From an uncultured delta proteobacterium (GTDB lineage: Bacteria > Myxococcota_A > Polyangia > Fen-1088): 64,000 bases of DNA. Under the pieces are notes generated by a model. It had not been told where the DNA came from. It ran no database searches and worked only from the letters and a program-made list of their open reading frames with translations. Within the stretch, counting starts at the first letter, position 1. Each line of letters opens with the position of its first letter. Below are positions 61,729 through 64,000 of this stretch, piece by piece. Where the stretch lies: contig CAVTRY010000011.1 in NCBI GenBank assembly GCA_963737265.1, positions 672,001-736,000 on the forward strand. Direction: 5' to 3'. The translations under genes were made by a program, and so were the position numbers.

Positions 61729-61777
61729 GTTTTTCTGGCCCAGCGTTCTCGTGGCAAGCCTATAATGTGTTCCTTCC

Positions 61778-63484
61778 GTGATGAGCAACGCTGTTTCGCT
61801 GAACACAAATGGAGCCCCTGGCCCGCTGCCCCTCGGCACTGTCGTTGGTGGCCGGTTCCAAATCAAGGCATTCACCCTCGCCGAAGCAGGGACCGAGCTG
61901 TATCAGGCGGTCGATATCCGCGACAACAATCCGGCGTCGCTACGACTGTTCCCTTGCCCGGCGTCGGTGCGCCCCGTCCTGGAAAGCGATCTCGCCTTAG
62001 CGGCGACGATCGCGCATAAGAATCTCGTCGCTCTCCTGGCGTGGGGCTACGACAGCGATCGCGTCTACGTCGCTAGCGAGCCGCTGGAGGGCGCAACCTT
62101 CCGCCAAATCATCAATGCGCGAAAAGAGCAGAATCAGGTAGTTGGCCTGTCCCACGGGCACGTCCTACTCGGGCACGCCGCCAACGGCCTGGAGGCCGCT
62201 TATGGCCAATTGTGCCACGGTGGCGTTCATCCCAGCGACATCCGGCTGAGCGATTCCGGCCGAATCAAGGTGGCCAACCTCGGCCTGACCCGCGCTTTGC
62301 CCATGCTGGCAAAGGATCACGCCCGTGCTGACGGCGTCAGCCCCTACCTTGCTCCGGAGGTTGCCGCAGGCGCAGCGCCATCCCCCGCCGCAGATGTCTT
62401 TTCCCTTACCGCGATTCTGTACGAGCTCGTCACCGGCCACACGCCCGGATCGCCGCCCTGGCCAGCCAGCCAGGTGAATGGTGAGCTGCCCAAGGGTTTT
62501 GATCGCATTATAGACCGGGGCCTGGCGGCTTTGCCCGAGACGCGCTTTGCCCGCCCGTCCCAGTTGGTTGCCGAAATCGGGGCCTTGCTGGCCGCCAGCG
62601 CGGCCCCCAAACAAGACCCCATCGCGACTGCGCCGCGTCTCGCGCTCGGCAAGTCGTTTAGCGTCTCGGATGCCGTGCGCATTTCCGAGGAGTACGAGCG
62701 CTGGCTCATTCAAAAAGACAGCCTCGACTACGGTCCGTTCTCGCTGGCGCAAGTCATGGCCCAGATGGAGAAAGGCATTTTTGGTGCCGACGACTTCATC
62801 GTCGACGCCGATTCGGGTGACCGACAAAAGATCAAGGACCATCCCCAGCTTGCGGAATTCGCGCGCATCATGGAGCGCAAGTTAGAGGCGCAACGCCGCT
62901 CGCGCGCCGAGCAGGCCCACGAGCACGTCGAACGAAGGAAAATCCGCTGGACTCTTCTCATCATCGGCGCGGCGATCCTTGCAGTTGGCGGGGCACTTGC
63001 GTTCTATGTCATGAATCGCAAGGCGGCCGAGGTCGACGTGCTTGCCTCGCGTGTAAGCGAAGCCGATGTCGACAACTTCCTCAAAAGCGTGAAAATCGAG
63101 TTCGCCCAGCCCAAGCGCGCCGGAGCTGGGGGTCGCCGGAGCTCAGGTGGCGGCGTAGCCGGTCGGTCCGAGGATTTCGCCAACAACATGGATTTGGGCG
63201 ACGTCAGCAAGGATGGCGGCGACGCCATCTTGGATGAGGCCATCATCGACAAAGTCATGCGGGCCAACTATCGCAGGCTTGTCCCGTGCGTGATGCAGGG
63301 TGGCGTGCGCGCCATCGAGGTGGATTTCGTCGTTTCACCCTCCGGCGCAGTCCAAGGCGTCCAGGTCAACGGCCAGCGCAAAGGCGGCCTGCCAGGTTGC
63401 ATCCTGAAGCAGATGCAGTCCTTCGGGTTCCCGTCCTACAAGGGCAAGAAGACCATCGCCAGTTGGTCGATGTCGCTGCGCTAG
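61778..63484 (+). CDS. Membrane pseudokinase (kinase fold + GYF-like + TM + TonB-C-like domain)
   Basis: YLAPE and DVFSL retained; HRD>HGG and DFG>NLG; DYGPFS. Confidence 0.75.
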   Translation: MMSNAVSLNTNGAPGPLPLGTVVGGRFQIKAFTLAEAGTELYQAVDIRDNNPASLRLFPCPASVRPVLESDLALAATIAHKNLVALLAWGYDSDRVYVASEPLEGATFRQIINARKEQNQVVGLSHGHVLLGHAANGLEAAYGQLCHGGVHPSDIRLSDSGRIKVANLGLTRALPMLAKDHARADGVSPYLAPEVAAGAAPSPAADVFSLTAILYELVTGHTPGSPPWPASQVNGELPKGFDRIIDRGLAALPETRFARPSQLVAEIGALLAASAAPKQDPIATAPRLALGKSFSVSDAVRISEEYERWLIQKDSLDYGPFSLAQVMAQMEKGIFGADDFIVDADSGDRQKIKDHPQLAEFARIMERKLEAQRRSRAEQAHEHVERRKIRWTLLIIGAAILAVGGALAFYVMNRKAAEVDVLASRVSEADVDNFLKSVKIEFAQPKRAGAGGRRSSGGGVAGRSEDFANNMDLGDVSKDGGDAILDEAIIDKVMRANYRRLVPCVMQGGVRAIEVDFVVSPSGAVQGVQVNGQRKGGLPGCILKQMQSFGFPSYKGKKTIASWSMSLR

Positions 63485-63766
63485 CTAGCGCCCGAAGCCG
63501 GTCATGTGCTCCTTCGCGGCCTGCGCGGGGCGGATGCGCACGCCAAGCACCAGATCGTAGGTGAACCAATAGTGCTCTGCTTTGGAAGTTTCGAGGCAGA
63601 GAGAGCTGTCCCGCGGATCGATCCTGACGACCTTTCCAACCTGAATCGTTTCGCCCGGGCACGCCACGAGAAAGGTGGCGTCCCGATCCTCGGGAACGGC
63701 GATTCCGTCGGTTCCAACCTTTAGCCGTTCCGCTTCCAGGGCAAGAAGAAGTGTTTCCTTGGTCAT
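63485..63766 (-). CDS. Hypothetical protein
   Basis: 93 aa ORF directly after nnr, same strand. Confidence 0.6.
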   Translation of the reverse strand: MTKETLLLALEAERLKVGTDGIAVPEDRDATFLVACPGETIQVGKVVRIDPRDSSLCLETSKAEHYWFTYDLVLGVRIRPAQAAKEHMTGFGR

Positions 63767-63777
63767 GGCCGGAGAGT

Positions 63778-64000
63778 CTACACCCGCCGAAGCTCGTCGC
63801 ACGCCCGAGCAATGGCGTCGGGAAGATCCGTTGAAATAAGACACCGTGAGCCCAAGATTCGCGTCGCTATCTCGGCGGACGCGCCGTGCACAAACACGCC
63901 GGCGCATGCCGCATCCCTAGCACCGAGGCCCTGCGCCAAAAACGCCCCGATGACACCCGTGAGCACGTCGCCACTGCCAGCCGTGCCAAGAGAAGCATTG
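63778..64000 (-). CDS. nnr: NAD(P)HX dehydratase (YjeF C-terminal), partial
   Basis: [13 protein letters not shown]...QG....AA..GV.VHG. Confidence 0.88.
   Translation of the reverse strand, partial: NASLGTAGSGDVLTGVIGAFLAQGLGARDAACAGVFVHGASAEIATRILGSRCLISTDLPDAIARACDELRRV

Overview
GC-rich bacterial chromosome segment, probably Myxococcota/Polyangia (inferred from the Gly-rich and Cys-rich secreted lipoproteins, the pseudokinase and the PilZ protein). The conserved backbone is hrpB, ihfB, accA-miaA-mutL, pqqABCDE, der-era, an ECF sigma/anti-sigma pair, pnp-rpsO, argBC-dut-purC-purB and nnr. An accessory island (~9.1-24.7 kb) interrupts it. The island holds two intact and at least five truncated or decayed copies of a RAYT-like HUH (Y1) tyrosine transposase gene, five clusters of short 'stuttered' repeats, an IS21 element inserted into one repeat unit, three toxin-antitoxin loci and several secreted-protein genes. 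The main observation concerns the repeats. Three repeat families with different sequences share only the core TCCGAGGGT. In all of them every unit begins 10-11 nt 5' of that core and ends at a variable position (8 bp to ~600 bp, including truncated copies of the transposase gene itself). This suggests a HUH-driven, one-ended local duplication system rather than classical hairpin REPs or CRISPR. Also present are an orphan C39-peptidase ABC exporter triad with no visible precursor, a long-tailed PqqA, and several pseudogenes and deletion fusions. All calls come from reading the sequence; no database searches were run.
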